A DNA stretch of 64,000 nucleotides from Terriglobia bacterium. GTDB taxonomy: Bacteria; Acidobacteriota; Terriglobia; JAJPHL01; JAPKYU01. The stretch lies in assembly GCA_965223005.1 (NCBI GenBank), contig CBDCVK010000010.1:1184001-1248000 (forward strand). Reading direction: 5' to 3'. Numbering within the stretch: position 1 is the first letter of the stretch; each line of letters opens with the position of its first letter. The notes beneath the pieces were generated by a model. That model searched no databases and was not told the DNA's origin. It saw only the letters and a list, made by a program, of their open reading frames with translations. The translations under genes and the position numbers were made by a program. Below are positions 1 through 8,676 of this stretch, in pieces.

Positions 1-626
1 AGAACCGAGGAGTACATCCCGCTCCGGTTGAAGTCGTCGGCGACAGCGCTGACGTCGGTCCACAGCTCCGAGTCGTAAGCGCTCCCGCCGGCTTCGATGA
101 GGCCGACCACACGCCATTCACTGGGCCCAAGCCGGATTGTGGAACCCAGCCCCAGCCCGAATCGGCGCGCCATTCGGCGGCTGCACACCAATTCCCGCAG
201 GCCGCTTCGATAGTTGCGGCCTTCCACCAGACGCACCTGCTCGCGCAGCAGGAATCCGGCCGGGGTGGTCCCGCGCAGGATGACGTGGGTTTCGTCGCCC
301 CCGGCCCGCGGGATGAAAATCAACACCAGCACTTCAGGTGAGACCAGCGGTTCACCCGAGCCGTCTTTCTGTATTCCTGGGAGGTACTTTAGAGTTTGCA
401 GGGTGGGCACGGGCAGGCTGCTGTTGGTTTCCACTTGCGAACCCTGCCGGATCACCACCAGGTTCAGTGGGTGCCCGGTTTCGGCAAAGACGCTTTCCAG
501 GCCCTGCACCAGGGCCATCACGGAGATAAAGATAGCCACGGTGGCGGCGACGCTGATGATGGCCATGGCAGTGCCGGTGCGCCGCACTAGCAGGCTGCGA
601 AGGCTGTACTTCAGTGGAATGGCCAT
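1..626 (-). CDS. ABC transporter permease (FtsX/MacB-like), 3' end outside window
   Basis: Read manually from ATG at 626: MAIPLKYSLRSLLVRRTGTAMAIISVAATVAIFISVMALVQGL...; N-terminal TM helix plus periplasmic domain; begins 5 nt after the stop of the paralogous permease; absent from the ORF track because it runs off the edge. Confidence 0.85.
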   Translation of the reverse strand, partial: MAIPLKYSLRSLLVRRTGTAMAIISVAATVAIFISVMALVQGLESVFAETGHPLNLVVIRQGSQVETNSSLPVPTLQTLKYLPGIQKDGSGEPLVSPEVLVLIFIPRAGGDETHVILRGTTPAGFLLREQVRLVEGRNYRSGLRELVCSRRMARRFGLGLGSTIRLGPSEWRVVGLIEAGGSAYDSELWTDVSAVADDFNRSGMYSSV

Positions 627-631
627 ATGGC

Positions 632-1780
632 TCAGCCCACGTGCCGGAGGGCCTGCGCAATAGGTAGTCCGGCAGCGCGCAGGGCGGGCACGGCCGCCGC
701 CACCAGCCCGATGGCCAACGCCAGGCTCATGCCCAGCACCATTGCCTCTGGCTGGACCCGGAGCTGGATCAGAAAACCGCCGGTGGCGCTCTGCATGTCC
801 AGGGTGGAATACAGCAGCTTGGCGCCTCCGCAACCCAGCAGTCCGCTCAGGAAACCAATCAGCAGCGCCTCGCTGAGCAGCAGCCCCAGGATCAGGTTGC
901 GGGTGTACCCCAAGGTTTTCATCACCGCCACTTCCGACGTGCGCTCGCGAATAGACATGGCCATGGTTGCGGCCGTGACCAGCAGAATGGTGAAGACCAC
1001 CACCGCCGAAATGCTGCCGATGAACAACTTCACGTTGCCCAGCATGTTGCTGAAGCTAAGCTGGAACGCCTTTTCGGTTTCGGTCTTAGTGGGAGCGGTG
1101 CTGTTGCGGAACATGTCGTCGACGGCCCGCGCGACTAAGGGAACTGCTTCGGCCGACTCGGCCAGGATGCAAAAGGACCCGGCCACGCCCCGGCCGTCCA
1201 TCATCTCGTCGAAATAGTCGTAGTGAAACAGCAGCGTGGCTTCGTCGGGCGGGTTGGGGGAGGTGAAGCTACCCACCAGTTTCAGTTCCGCGTCAACGGG
1301 ATAAATGGTGCCCCTCAATGTGATGCGATCGCCAATTTTCCAGCCAAACCGTTCGAACAGGCGGATGCCCGCCACTGCCGCCGTACGTTCTTTGATGAAG
1401 TTTTCCCGTTGCTGCGGGTCGATTTCCATCTCCGAATAAATCTTGAATTCCTTTTCGGCGTCCACGGCGAATTGGGCAAAGAAGTTCCTCTCGTCAATGT
1501 AAATGCCCCCGAACCAGTTGGCGACCATGATGTCCTTAACGCCAGGCACTTGAGCGATTTGCTCGCGGTAGGCCAGCGGCAGCGTGTTGGCGATGGAAAC
1601 CGAGTGGCGCGTCCACAGGCGCAGATCGCTTTCCGGCGTGGTGGTGGTGGCTTGAAGCTCGTACAGCACGGTGTGCAGGGTGACCAGCAGGAATAGGGAT
1701 GCCCCCAGGCTGAGCACCGTCAGAAGGGTGCGGCGTTTGTTCCGCACCGCACTTTTCAGCACCAGCGCTGCAAACTTCAT
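632..1780 (-). CDS. ABC transporter permease (FtsX/MacB-like)
   Basis: 382 aa; RNKRRTLLT start, MacB-type periplasmic domain, SIRERTSEVAVMKTLGY motif, 3 C-terminal TM helices. Confidence 0.9.
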   Translation of the reverse strand: MKFAALVLKSAVRNKRRTLLTVLSLGASLFLLVTLHTVLYELQATTTTPESDLRLWTRHSVSIANTLPLAYREQIAQVPGVKDIMVANWFGGIYIDERNFFAQFAVDAEKEFKIYSEMEIDPQQRENFIKERTAAVAGIRLFERFGWKIGDRITLRGTIYPVDAELKLVGSFTSPNPPDEATLLFHYDYFDEMMDGRGVAGSFCILAESAEAVPLVARAVDDMFRNSTAPTKTETEKAFQLSFSNMLGNVKLFIGSISAVVVFTILLVTAATMAMSIRERTSEVAVMKTLGYTRNLILGLLLSEALLIGFLSGLLGCGGAKLLYSTLDMQSATGGFLIQLRVQPEAMVLGMSLALAIGLVAAAVPALRAAGLPIAQALRHVG

Positions 1781-1822
1781 GGGAGTCGAACTTGGAAGGC
1801 CGCGACCCTGGTTAAACCGTGG

Positions 1823-3169
1823 TTAAGACGCCCCGCCCAGGCGGCGCAAGATCTCCCCAACAATGGTGTCCACCAAGCCCGGGACCGCCTTCAAGTTCGG
1901 CATGGCCTTGTCCAGGGCGCCTTCTACTGCGGCTCGCACACCCGCCTCGTCTGGAACAGGCCCTGCCCCTTGCGGAGGTGCAGTGACCAGTGGCTGCGGC
2001 GGCGCAACAGGCTCTGGGGCTGGTGGTGGCGCGGCCTCTTCCGCCGGGGCTGGCGGTGTTGTGGGCTCAGGGGCAGCCAACGGAGCGGCCTCCGGGACGG
2101 AATCCGCAGGCGCTGTTGCTTCCTGGGGGGGCACTGGTGCGGGTTCCTCAACGCGCTCTAATAGGTCCGCCCAATCCACAGCGGGCGCTGGTTCTGGCGT
2201 GGCCGCTGCTACCGGCTCCGGAGGTGCCTTTTCAGCCTCCGCCGGACGTGCCTCTTCAGCTTCCGGAGGTGGAGCAGCGCCAAACACGGCGCGGTCCATG
2301 TCCGTAACGCGTTCAGGTTCGGCCACCCAGTGCTGGGCCGGCTCGGGTGCTACGGCGGCCATGGCCGCTGGCGCGGGCTGCTCTTCGAGTTCCGGCACCG
2401 TCAGCTCGGGGATGACAACATCCTCCGTGGCTACCTGGCTTTCTGCCGCTTCCGCATATTCGCCCACCGGCGCGGCCAGCGGCTCTTCGGCCTGAGCGAT
2501 TTCCTGAGCCACTGCGGGCTCGGCGCCGTGGGCCGCAGCAGCCTGCAATTCCACCTCTGCCGCGGAAACAGCAGGTGCTGGCGCTTCCACTGCGGCTGAG
2601 GCAGGGGCGGCCGGAGCAGTCTCTGCAGATGGAGATTCCTCAAACAAGTCAAATGCAGCCTGCTGCTGCAAGTCTGCCGGCACTTCCACACGCGCCGTGG
2701 AGGTCGTGGGGATTTCTTCCAGCAGCTGACTTTCCTCAGCCTTCTGTGCCTGGAGCTCTTCTGGGGATGGGGGAGGTGGGGGAGGCGCCGGCTTCCGCTC
2801 CTGCGACAGTTGCAGCATCTCGCGCACCGTCGTCACCACGTCACTAGCTTCGAAAGGTTTTTTCAGGACCGCATCCGCCTGCACCTTTCTGCCTTGTTCC
2901 TGGTTGTAGGGCTCCAGTTGGCCCACGACCAGCACCACCGGAATGTGGGCAAGTTTCGGGGAGCTTCTGACGAAGCTGCAGACTTCGTAGCCGGTGCGGC
3001 CGGGCATGAACACGTCCGCCAGAACCACGTCAAATCCGCCTTCGGGAAGCTTCTTCACGGCTGCTTCGCCATTACTGACCGTCACTACTTGGATGTCCTC
3101 GCCGGCAAGGATCTTGGTGGCCATGCGCTGGGCGTGCGTACTATCGTCTGCTAACAAAACCTTAGGCAC
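1823..3169 (-). CDS. Response regulator, RomR-like (receiver + Pro/Ala/Glu-rich linker + C-terminal helix)
   Basis: Receiver motifs LLADDS, ADVFMP (phospho-Asp), KKPF; ~280 aa low-complexity acidic linker; GGGAG RBS before GTG. Confidence 0.85.
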   Translation of the reverse strand: MPKVLLADDSTHAQRMATKILAGEDIQVVTVSNGEAAVKKLPEGGFDVVLADVFMPGRTGYEVCSFVRSSPKLAHIPVVLVVGQLEPYNQEQGRKVQADAVLKKPFEASDVVTTVREMLQLSQERKPAPPPPPPSPEELQAQKAEESQLLEEIPTTSTARVEVPADLQQQAAFDLFEESPSAETAPAAPASAAVEAPAPAVSAAEVELQAAAAHGAEPAVAQEIAQAEEPLAAPVGEYAEAAESQVATEDVVIPELTVPELEEQPAPAAMAAVAPEPAQHWVAEPERVTDMDRAVFGAAPPPEAEEARPAEAEKAPPEPVAAATPEPAPAVDWADLLERVEEPAPVPPQEATAPADSVPEAAPLAAPEPTTPPAPAEEAAPPPAPEPVAPPQPLVTAPPQGAGPVPDEAGVRAAVEGALDKAMPNLKAVPGLVDTIVGEILRRLGGAS

Positions 3170-3408
3170 AGAACTTCTCCCTACCTTTGCAGGTGACCTT
3201 TAGGAATTCTAACCACGAGGGTAGCGGCCTGACAAGCGCGAAACGGTTTCCGCCGGAAGATAGGGAAACGGCTTCGATGGTTCCATTTAGGCATGGAAAG
3301 CGTGCAGCTGCCGTGGCTGTCGACTCTTGCGTTCCCGTGCGGGTAAGAGTTGGCTTTATTTTTCCTGCTCTTACTTTCCCGAGTGTGCGAGCTGCCCTCA
3401 GGCGGAGG

Positions 3409-4533
3409 CTACGGTGTCGAGGACTCCGGCGCGTTGCCTGAGGTTGGCGGCGGAGTCGGGTCCGAAGTGGTAACCGGTTCGGACGCCGGCCGGACCGCTT
3501 CCAGACGGATACCTGAGGTACCTGTACGGCCGGGTTCGGCGGCCGTGATGCTGACTGATTCGGTTTCTGGCTTCTTGGGAAACAGCACCGGTTTACCCGC
3601 CTTGCTGGCCATGCTGACGTCGGGCCGCGTGCGGAACACGCCCATCGTCTTCCCCATGATTCCCTTCGTCTCGCGATGTTCCAGATCGTATTTCATCCGC
3701 GCATAGGCTTCCGGGTTGGGGTCTGGGATGGGCAGCTCCCAGTCCACCAGCTTGTCCTTAGCGTCGCTTACCAGGTCACTGAGGGGGTAGTCGGAGATGA
3801 TCTTGGAGTAAGCCGCGGCCGCCTGAGGCCGATAGTTCTCCCCCCCCATCTCCCAAGATTCGCCCATCATCCACAACGCCCGGTCGCCCCGGCTGTAGTT
3901 GGGGTAATTGTCGGTGAGTTCCTTCAGCCGGGAGATGGTCGCGCGGGGATTCCCCTTGATGAAGTAGTGGCGACTCACGCGAAAATCGCTCTCAGCAATT
4001 ACCTCCTGGACTTCGCGCAGGCGCTGCTCGGCTTCCTCGCGGAAGGGGCTGTTTGGGAACTGCAGCAGCACTTGACGGAACTCCTCCTCGGCGCGGAGCG
4101 AGTGAGTCCGATCGCGGTCCGGCTTTTCCATCTGCTGGTAATGGATCATGGCCACTTTCAACTGGGCCTCGGAGGCTTCCGGCATCGTGGGGAAGAAGGT
4201 GATGAAATCCTTGTACTCCGCCTCCGCTTGAGCCAGACCGCTGGTGCCTCCGTGGCGGTACCAGGAGTCGGCGATAGCAAGCTTGGCCTTGGCCAAATAT
4301 TCGCTGTCGGGATAGGTGTTCAAGAGGGTTTGTAACGTGAGCCGGGCTATCTCGTAGCGACCCCTTTCAAGGTCGCGCACCGACTGGTCAAACAGCGTCT
4401 TGTCCGGCTGCTGCGAATCGCCGACGATCGGCGTCTCGTATTTGTCACGGCGCAAGCTACAGCCGGTCCACAGAGCCGCCGAGAGCAACAGCACCAGTGC
4501 GCGAGCTACCATCGGAGCAGGTTTATTCATCAC
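3409..4533 (-). CDS. bamD: Outer membrane protein assembly factor BamD
   Basis: Lipobox LWTGC, TPR-like repeats (LLNTYPDSEY, YKDFITFFP, PDRDRT). Confidence 0.9.
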   Translation of the reverse strand: MMNKPAPMVARALVLLLSAALWTGCSLRRDKYETPIVGDSQQPDKTLFDQSVRDLERGRYEIARLTLQTLLNTYPDSEYLAKAKLAIADSWYRHGGTSGLAQAEAEYKDFITFFPTMPEASEAQLKVAMIHYQQMEKPDRDRTHSLRAEEEFRQVLLQFPNSPFREEAEQRLREVQEVIAESDFRVSRHYFIKGNPRATISRLKELTDNYPNYSRGDRALWMMGESWEMGGENYRPQAAAAYSKIISDYPLSDLVSDAKDKLVDWELPIPDPNPEAYARMKYDLEHRETKGIMGKTMGVFRTRPDVSMASKAGKPVLFPKKPETESVSITAAEPGRTGTSGIRLEAVRPASEPVTTSDPTPPPTSGNAPESSTP

Positions 4534-4549
4534 ATCACCCTTGGCGTGT

Positions 4550-5272
4550 TCAAATTTTCGACAGCATGGCCGTCTCGGCCCGTTTCAAGAGCAACTCGAC
4601 CGCAGCCGCCGGATCGGCGCTGTGAAACACACTGGAGCCGGCCACAATAATGTCAGCTCCCGCCTGCACCGCCTCCAGGACGTTGTCGGAGCTGATACCT
4701 CCGTCAATCTCGATGAGAAATTCTAGACCGCGCTCTTCCCGCATCCGGGCCAGTCGGCCAATCTTGTCCAGAGAGCGGGGGATAAACTGCTGGCCGCCAA
4801 ATCCTGGGTTGACGCTCATTACCAGGACGTAGTCTACGCACTCCAGCACCTCGCCAAGCGTCTCCACCGGCGTGGCCGGATTGATCACCGCCCCGGCCGC
4901 TGCCCCACAATTGCGGATGTAGCTGAGAGTGCGGTCTAGATGGAGGCAGGCTTCCTGGTGCACGGAGATCATTTCCGCTCCCGCCTCGCAGAAGGCGGAA
5001 ACGTAGCGGTCCGGGTCGGAGATCATCAGATGACAATCCAGAGGCAACACAGTGACCTTGCGCACCGCGGCCACCACCGGCGGGCCGATGGTGATATTCG
5101 GGACGAAGTGGCCGTCCATCACGTCCAGGTGCAGCAGGCTGGCTCCGCCGCGCTCCACTGCCTGGATTTGCTCGGCCAGATGGGCAAAGTCAGCCGAGAG
5201 AATGGACGGCGCAATCTGCACACGGTTAGGCACCAGGCGTTCCAGCCCCTTCATGCGCTTCAACAGTGTCAT
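4550..5272 (-). CDS. rpe: Ribulose-phosphate 3-epimerase (start uncertain, 5233-5272)
   Basis: IAPSILSADF, HLDVMDGHFVPN, MSVNPGFGGQ and IEIDGG motifs; the track's extension to 5383 is probably not translated. Confidence 0.95.
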   Translation of the reverse strand: MTLLKRMKGLERLVPNRVQIAPSILSADFAHLAEQIQAVERGGASLLHLDVMDGHFVPNITIGPPVVAAVRKVTVLPLDCHLMISDPDRYVSAFCEAGAEMISVHQEACLHLDRTLSYIRNCGAAAGAVINPATPVETLGEVLECVDYVLVMSVNPGFGGQQFIPRSLDKIGRLARMREERGLEFLIEIDGGISSDNVLEAVQAGADIIVAGSSVFHSADPAAAVELLLKRAETAMLSKI

Positions 5273-5551
5273 TCTAGCATGGCCCGCCCGCCTTGACCAA
5301 CTGGGTGACTGCCCTCGAACTCGCTCGCTGCTCGGCAGCCGATGCGCTGCGCAAACTGGGCGGGACGACAAGACCGGGTTCACCTTGAAGCTGTGGACAA
5401 TGTCGGATTCATGTCATATGTTCGCCTGTGGTCTACGCGGCGGCCAGGCGGTGAAGGCGGGGTAGTGAATTGTTGCTCCGAGCCAGGGAACAGGCCTTCC
5501 AGTCAGTGCTCGGAGGTCTGTTGAAGTTCTGCGAAATAGGGAGGAGCGGGG

Positions 5552-6427
5552 ATGGCGACCGGGGTGCATGACAACGAGCTGGCCGAGCGTCTCCAAGTGG
5601 CCCGTCAGGCAGCGAAACGCGCCGGCAGAATCACGCTGAAGCATTTTCAAACCGATTTCGAGCGGCAGACGAAGGCCGATGGTTCGGTGGTCACCATTGC
5701 CGACCGTCAGAGCGAGCAGCAGCTGCGCAGGACCATCGAAAGAGCGTTTCCCTACGACGCCGTCCTGGGCGAGGAGTTCCACGAAAAGCCGGGCCAGACG
5801 CGCTATCGCTGGATCCTGGATCCCATTGACGGCACGATCAGCTTCGTCCAGGGCGTGCCGCTGTACGGGGTGCTGGTTGCGCTGGAGGACCTGGAAGTTC
5901 GGCGAAGCGTCCTGGGAGTGATCCACCTGCCGTCGCTCGGGGAAACGGTGTATGCCCAGCGTGGCCACGGTTGCCATTGGGAACGCTGGGTTGGAGGGAA
6001 GCGGCTGGCCATCCCGGCGCGGGTGTCGCGCGTGGACAACCTGGACAACGCCGTGCTGCTGGCCTCCGACTTTTGGAACGTACCGCTCGAAGGACGGCGC
6101 CAGGAGCTGGCCCGGCTGGCGGGCAGAACTCGCCTCCAGCGAACCTGGGCCGATTGCTACGGCTACGTCCTAGTGGCCACCGGGCGCGCCGAACTGATGC
6201 TGGATAGCACGTTCAACCTTTGGGACGCTGCCCCGATGCAGCCAATTTTGGAGGAGGCGGGGGGGACGTTCACCGATTGGACCGGTAAGCCAACCATCCA
6301 CGGCGACTGTGGCCTGGCCACGAATGGTCTGCTGTTGAAAGAAGCGCTGGCCGTGATGCGCGAGGGACCGGGGTTGGGGTCTAGGGGTCCCGCCGCTGGA
6401 AGCCCCTACCGGGGGCAGCGCTTCTGA
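5552..6427 (+). CDS. hisN: Histidinol-phosphatase / inositol monophosphatase family
   Basis: KADGSVVTIADR, LGEE, WILDPIDGT and WDAA motifs; GGAGGAG RBS; HisN versus generic IMPase cannot be settled from sequence. Confidence 0.7.
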   Translation: MATGVHDNELAERLQVARQAAKRAGRITLKHFQTDFERQTKADGSVVTIADRQSEQQLRRTIERAFPYDAVLGEEFHEKPGQTRYRWILDPIDGTISFVQGVPLYGVLVALEDLEVRRSVLGVIHLPSLGETVYAQRGHGCHWERWVGGKRLAIPARVSRVDNLDNAVLLASDFWNVPLEGRRQELARLAGRTRLQRTWADCYGYVLVATGRAELMLDSTFNLWDAAPMQPILEEAGGTFTDWTGKPTIHGDCGLATNGLLLKEALAVMREGPGLGSRGPAAGSPYRGQRF

Positions 6428-6479
6428 GATGGGCAGTCTGGATCCGATACCTCACCCTGCTGGCAGCTGCCGGCGTTCC

Positions 6480-6509
6480 TTGACAGGGGCTGGCGCGGGC
6501 ACCGACAAT
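6480..6509 (+). promoter_or_regulatory. Putative sigma70 promoter of the wzm/wzt glycan operon
   Basis: TTGACA (6480-6485), 18 nt spacer, GACAAT (6504-6509), upstream of the ATG at 6533. Confidence 0.4.
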
Positions 6510-6532
6510 AAGCCGACGGGCCGGAAGCCGCG

Positions 6533-7354
6533 ATGAATGTGGGGTTTTTCTGGACAGTCGGGCGCGCGTTTGTGTCCAACCTGGTGCAGCGGCGTGCACT
6601 GGTCGGCAACCTAGTCGTCCGCGATTTCAAGCAGCGCTACGTGGGTTCCTCGATCGGCTGGCTGTGGGGAGCGGTGCACCCGGCGGTTCTGCTGCTCAGC
6701 TACTGGTTCGTCTTCTCGAAGGTGTTCAAGGTCCCTCTGCGCCCCGAGTCGGGCACCGACAGCTTTGCTCTCTACCTGTTCGTGGGCATTCTGCCCTGGC
6801 TGTTGTTCCAGGACACCGTGCAGCGCTCGGCTACTGCCGTGATGGACTACTCGAACCTGATAACCAAGACCATGTTCCCCTCCGAGGTGCTCCCCATCTC
6901 GCTGTTGCTTTCCGGCATGCTGAATCACCTGCTGGGTCTGCTGGTGCTCTTGGGAATTCTGGGCCTGCTGGTCAAAAAGCTGACGGTGTTTGCGCTGCTG
7001 GTGCCGGTCTACACCCTTTTGCTGGCAGTGTTCACCATCGGCGTGAGCTGGCTGGTGGCCAGTCTGAACGTGTTTCTGCGGGATACGGCGCAGGCACTCT
7101 CGGTCGGGCTGATCTTCTGGTTCTGGTTCACGCCGATTTTCTACGCCGCCGACCGCCTGCCGGAAAACGCGCGGTTTATCGCCTGGATCAATCCGTTGGC
7201 CTACGTGGTGGACGCCTACCGGAAGTGCCTGCTGGCCGGCCAGGCGCCGGCGCTTGGCGACCTGGCGATTACCGCCGTCTTTGCTGTCACCGCTTTCGTG
7301 GCCGGCGGCCTGTTCTTCCGCTACACAAAGCGCGCCTTCGGAGATGTGCTCTGA
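6533..7354 (+). CDS. wzm: Polysaccharide ABC exporter permease Wzm
   Basis: RDFKQRYVGSSIGWLW, LNVFLRD, FTPIFY and INPL motifs; 6 TM segments. Confidence 0.93.
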   Translation: MNVGFFWTVGRAFVSNLVQRRALVGNLVVRDFKQRYVGSSIGWLWGAVHPAVLLLSYWFVFSKVFKVPLRPESGTDSFALYLFVGILPWLLFQDTVQRSATAVMDYSNLITKTMFPSEVLPISLLLSGMLNHLLGLLVLLGILGLLVKKLTVFALLVPVYTLLLAVFTIGVSWLVASLNVFLRDTAQALSVGLIFWFWFTPIFYAADRLPENARFIAWINPLAYVVDAYRKCLLAGQAPALGDLAITAVFAVTAFVAGGLFFRYTKRAFGDVL

Positions 7355-8670
7355 TGGGCGCGGCCGTGGCGTTGGAGAACGTCAGCAAGAGCTACCCGGT
7401 CTATTCGGCGCCCGCCCACCGGTTGAAGGAGCTGTTGACCCTGGGGCGCCGCAGCTACCATCAAGACTTCTGGGCACTGCGGGACGTCAGTTTCGAGATC
7501 GAGCGCGGCACCACCTTCAGTATCCTGGGCGAGAACGGCGCCGGGAAGAGCACTCTGCTGCAACTGGTCGCTGGCATCCTGCGGCCGACCGCCGGCCGGA
7601 TTGAAGTCAACGGGCGCGTTTCGGCGCTGCTGGAACTGGGCTCCGGGTTCAACCCCGAATTCACCGGGCGCGAGAACGTATTTCTGAACGGCGCGATCCT
7701 AGGCCTGAGCAACAAGGAGATCGAGCGGCGCTACCCGGCGATCGTGGATTTTGCTGAAATCGGCGACTTCGTCCGCCAGCCGGTCAAGACCTATTCCAGC
7801 GGCATGGTGGTGCGGCTGGCGTTCGCTGTGGCTATCAACGTGGACCCGGAGATTCTGCTGGTGGACGAGGCCCTGGCGGTGGGCGACATCTACTTCCGGC
7901 AGCGGTGCATGCGTAAGATCCACCAACTGCAACGCTCCGGCGTCACGGTCATCTTCGTCACCCACAGCGTGGCCGACGTCAAGAGCCTGGCCACCCGAGC
8001 GCTGTGGATCGCCGGGGGGCGCGTCGTCGAGATCGGCGATCCGGACCGTGTCGTCAGCCACTACCAGGCGGCGATGGTCAACAAGGACGCCGAATACCTG
8101 CGGCATCGCGCGGTGGCAGAGGCCAAAGCCACCGGGCAGACCTACGCGCTGCGTGCCCCTGAGGTCGTCGAGAAAATTCCCAATGTGGATTTTCGCTACG
8201 GAACCGGCCGCGCTCACGTGTTGGGCATTGCACTCCTGAACCAGAGAGGCGAGGAACTGGGCCTGTTGCCGCCGGCGGAAACCGTCGTGGTGCGCGTCAG
8301 CGTGCAGGCTGCGCAGGAGGTGCCGCTGCCCATCGTCGGCTTCATGCTGCGGAACCACCTGGGCGTGGATTTTTCCGGCACCAACACGGCCCTCGAAGAC
8401 ACCGAGTTGCCCCCACTCAATCCAGGCGACACGCTGACCGTGGATTTCCACCTGAGCCTGCCGGAACTGTATCCGGGGCATTTCTCCTTCTCGCCGGCGA
8501 TTGCCAACGGCGCACTGGAAGGCTACGAGATGTGCGACTGGATTGACAATGCCGTCACGCTCCAGATGGAGAAGCGGCGGGAGATGTACGGCTACTTCCG
8601 CCCGGCCTGCCGGGTCGAAGTCCACGGCGTTCGGCTGGTGGCTGGAGTGGGAGTCCAGGGGAGAGGGTAG
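7354..8670 (+). CDS. wzt: Polysaccharide ABC exporter ATPase Wzt with C-terminal carbohydrate-binding domain
   Basis: ATG at 7354 overlaps the wzm TGA; Walker A GENGAGKS, YSSGM signature, LLVDEALAVGD; ~170 aa Wzt_C beta domain. Confidence 0.93.
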   Translation: MGAAVALENVSKSYPVYSAPAHRLKELLTLGRRSYHQDFWALRDVSFEIERGTTFSILGENGAGKSTLLQLVAGILRPTAGRIEVNGRVSALLELGSGFNPEFTGRENVFLNGAILGLSNKEIERRYPAIVDFAEIGDFVRQPVKTYSSGMVVRLAFAVAINVDPEILLVDEALAVGDIYFRQRCMRKIHQLQRSGVTVIFVTHSVADVKSLATRALWIAGGRVVEIGDPDRVVSHYQAAMVNKDAEYLRHRAVAEAKATGQTYALRAPEVVEKIPNVDFRYGTGRAHVLGIALLNQRGEELGLLPPAETVVVRVSVQAAQEVPLPIVGFMLRNHLGVDFSGTNTALEDTELPPLNPGDTLTVDFHLSLPELYPGHFSFSPAIANGALEGYEMCDWIDNAVTLQMEKRREMYGYFRPACRVEVHGVRLVAGVGVQGRG

Positions 8671-8676
8671 CAATAA

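Noticed and set aside
6664-7353. 668-aa ORF suggesting an N-terminally extended Wzt
   Set aside because: The extension overlaps wzm in another frame and looks like GC-rich shadow sequence; the real start is the ATG at 7354 coupled to the wzm stop
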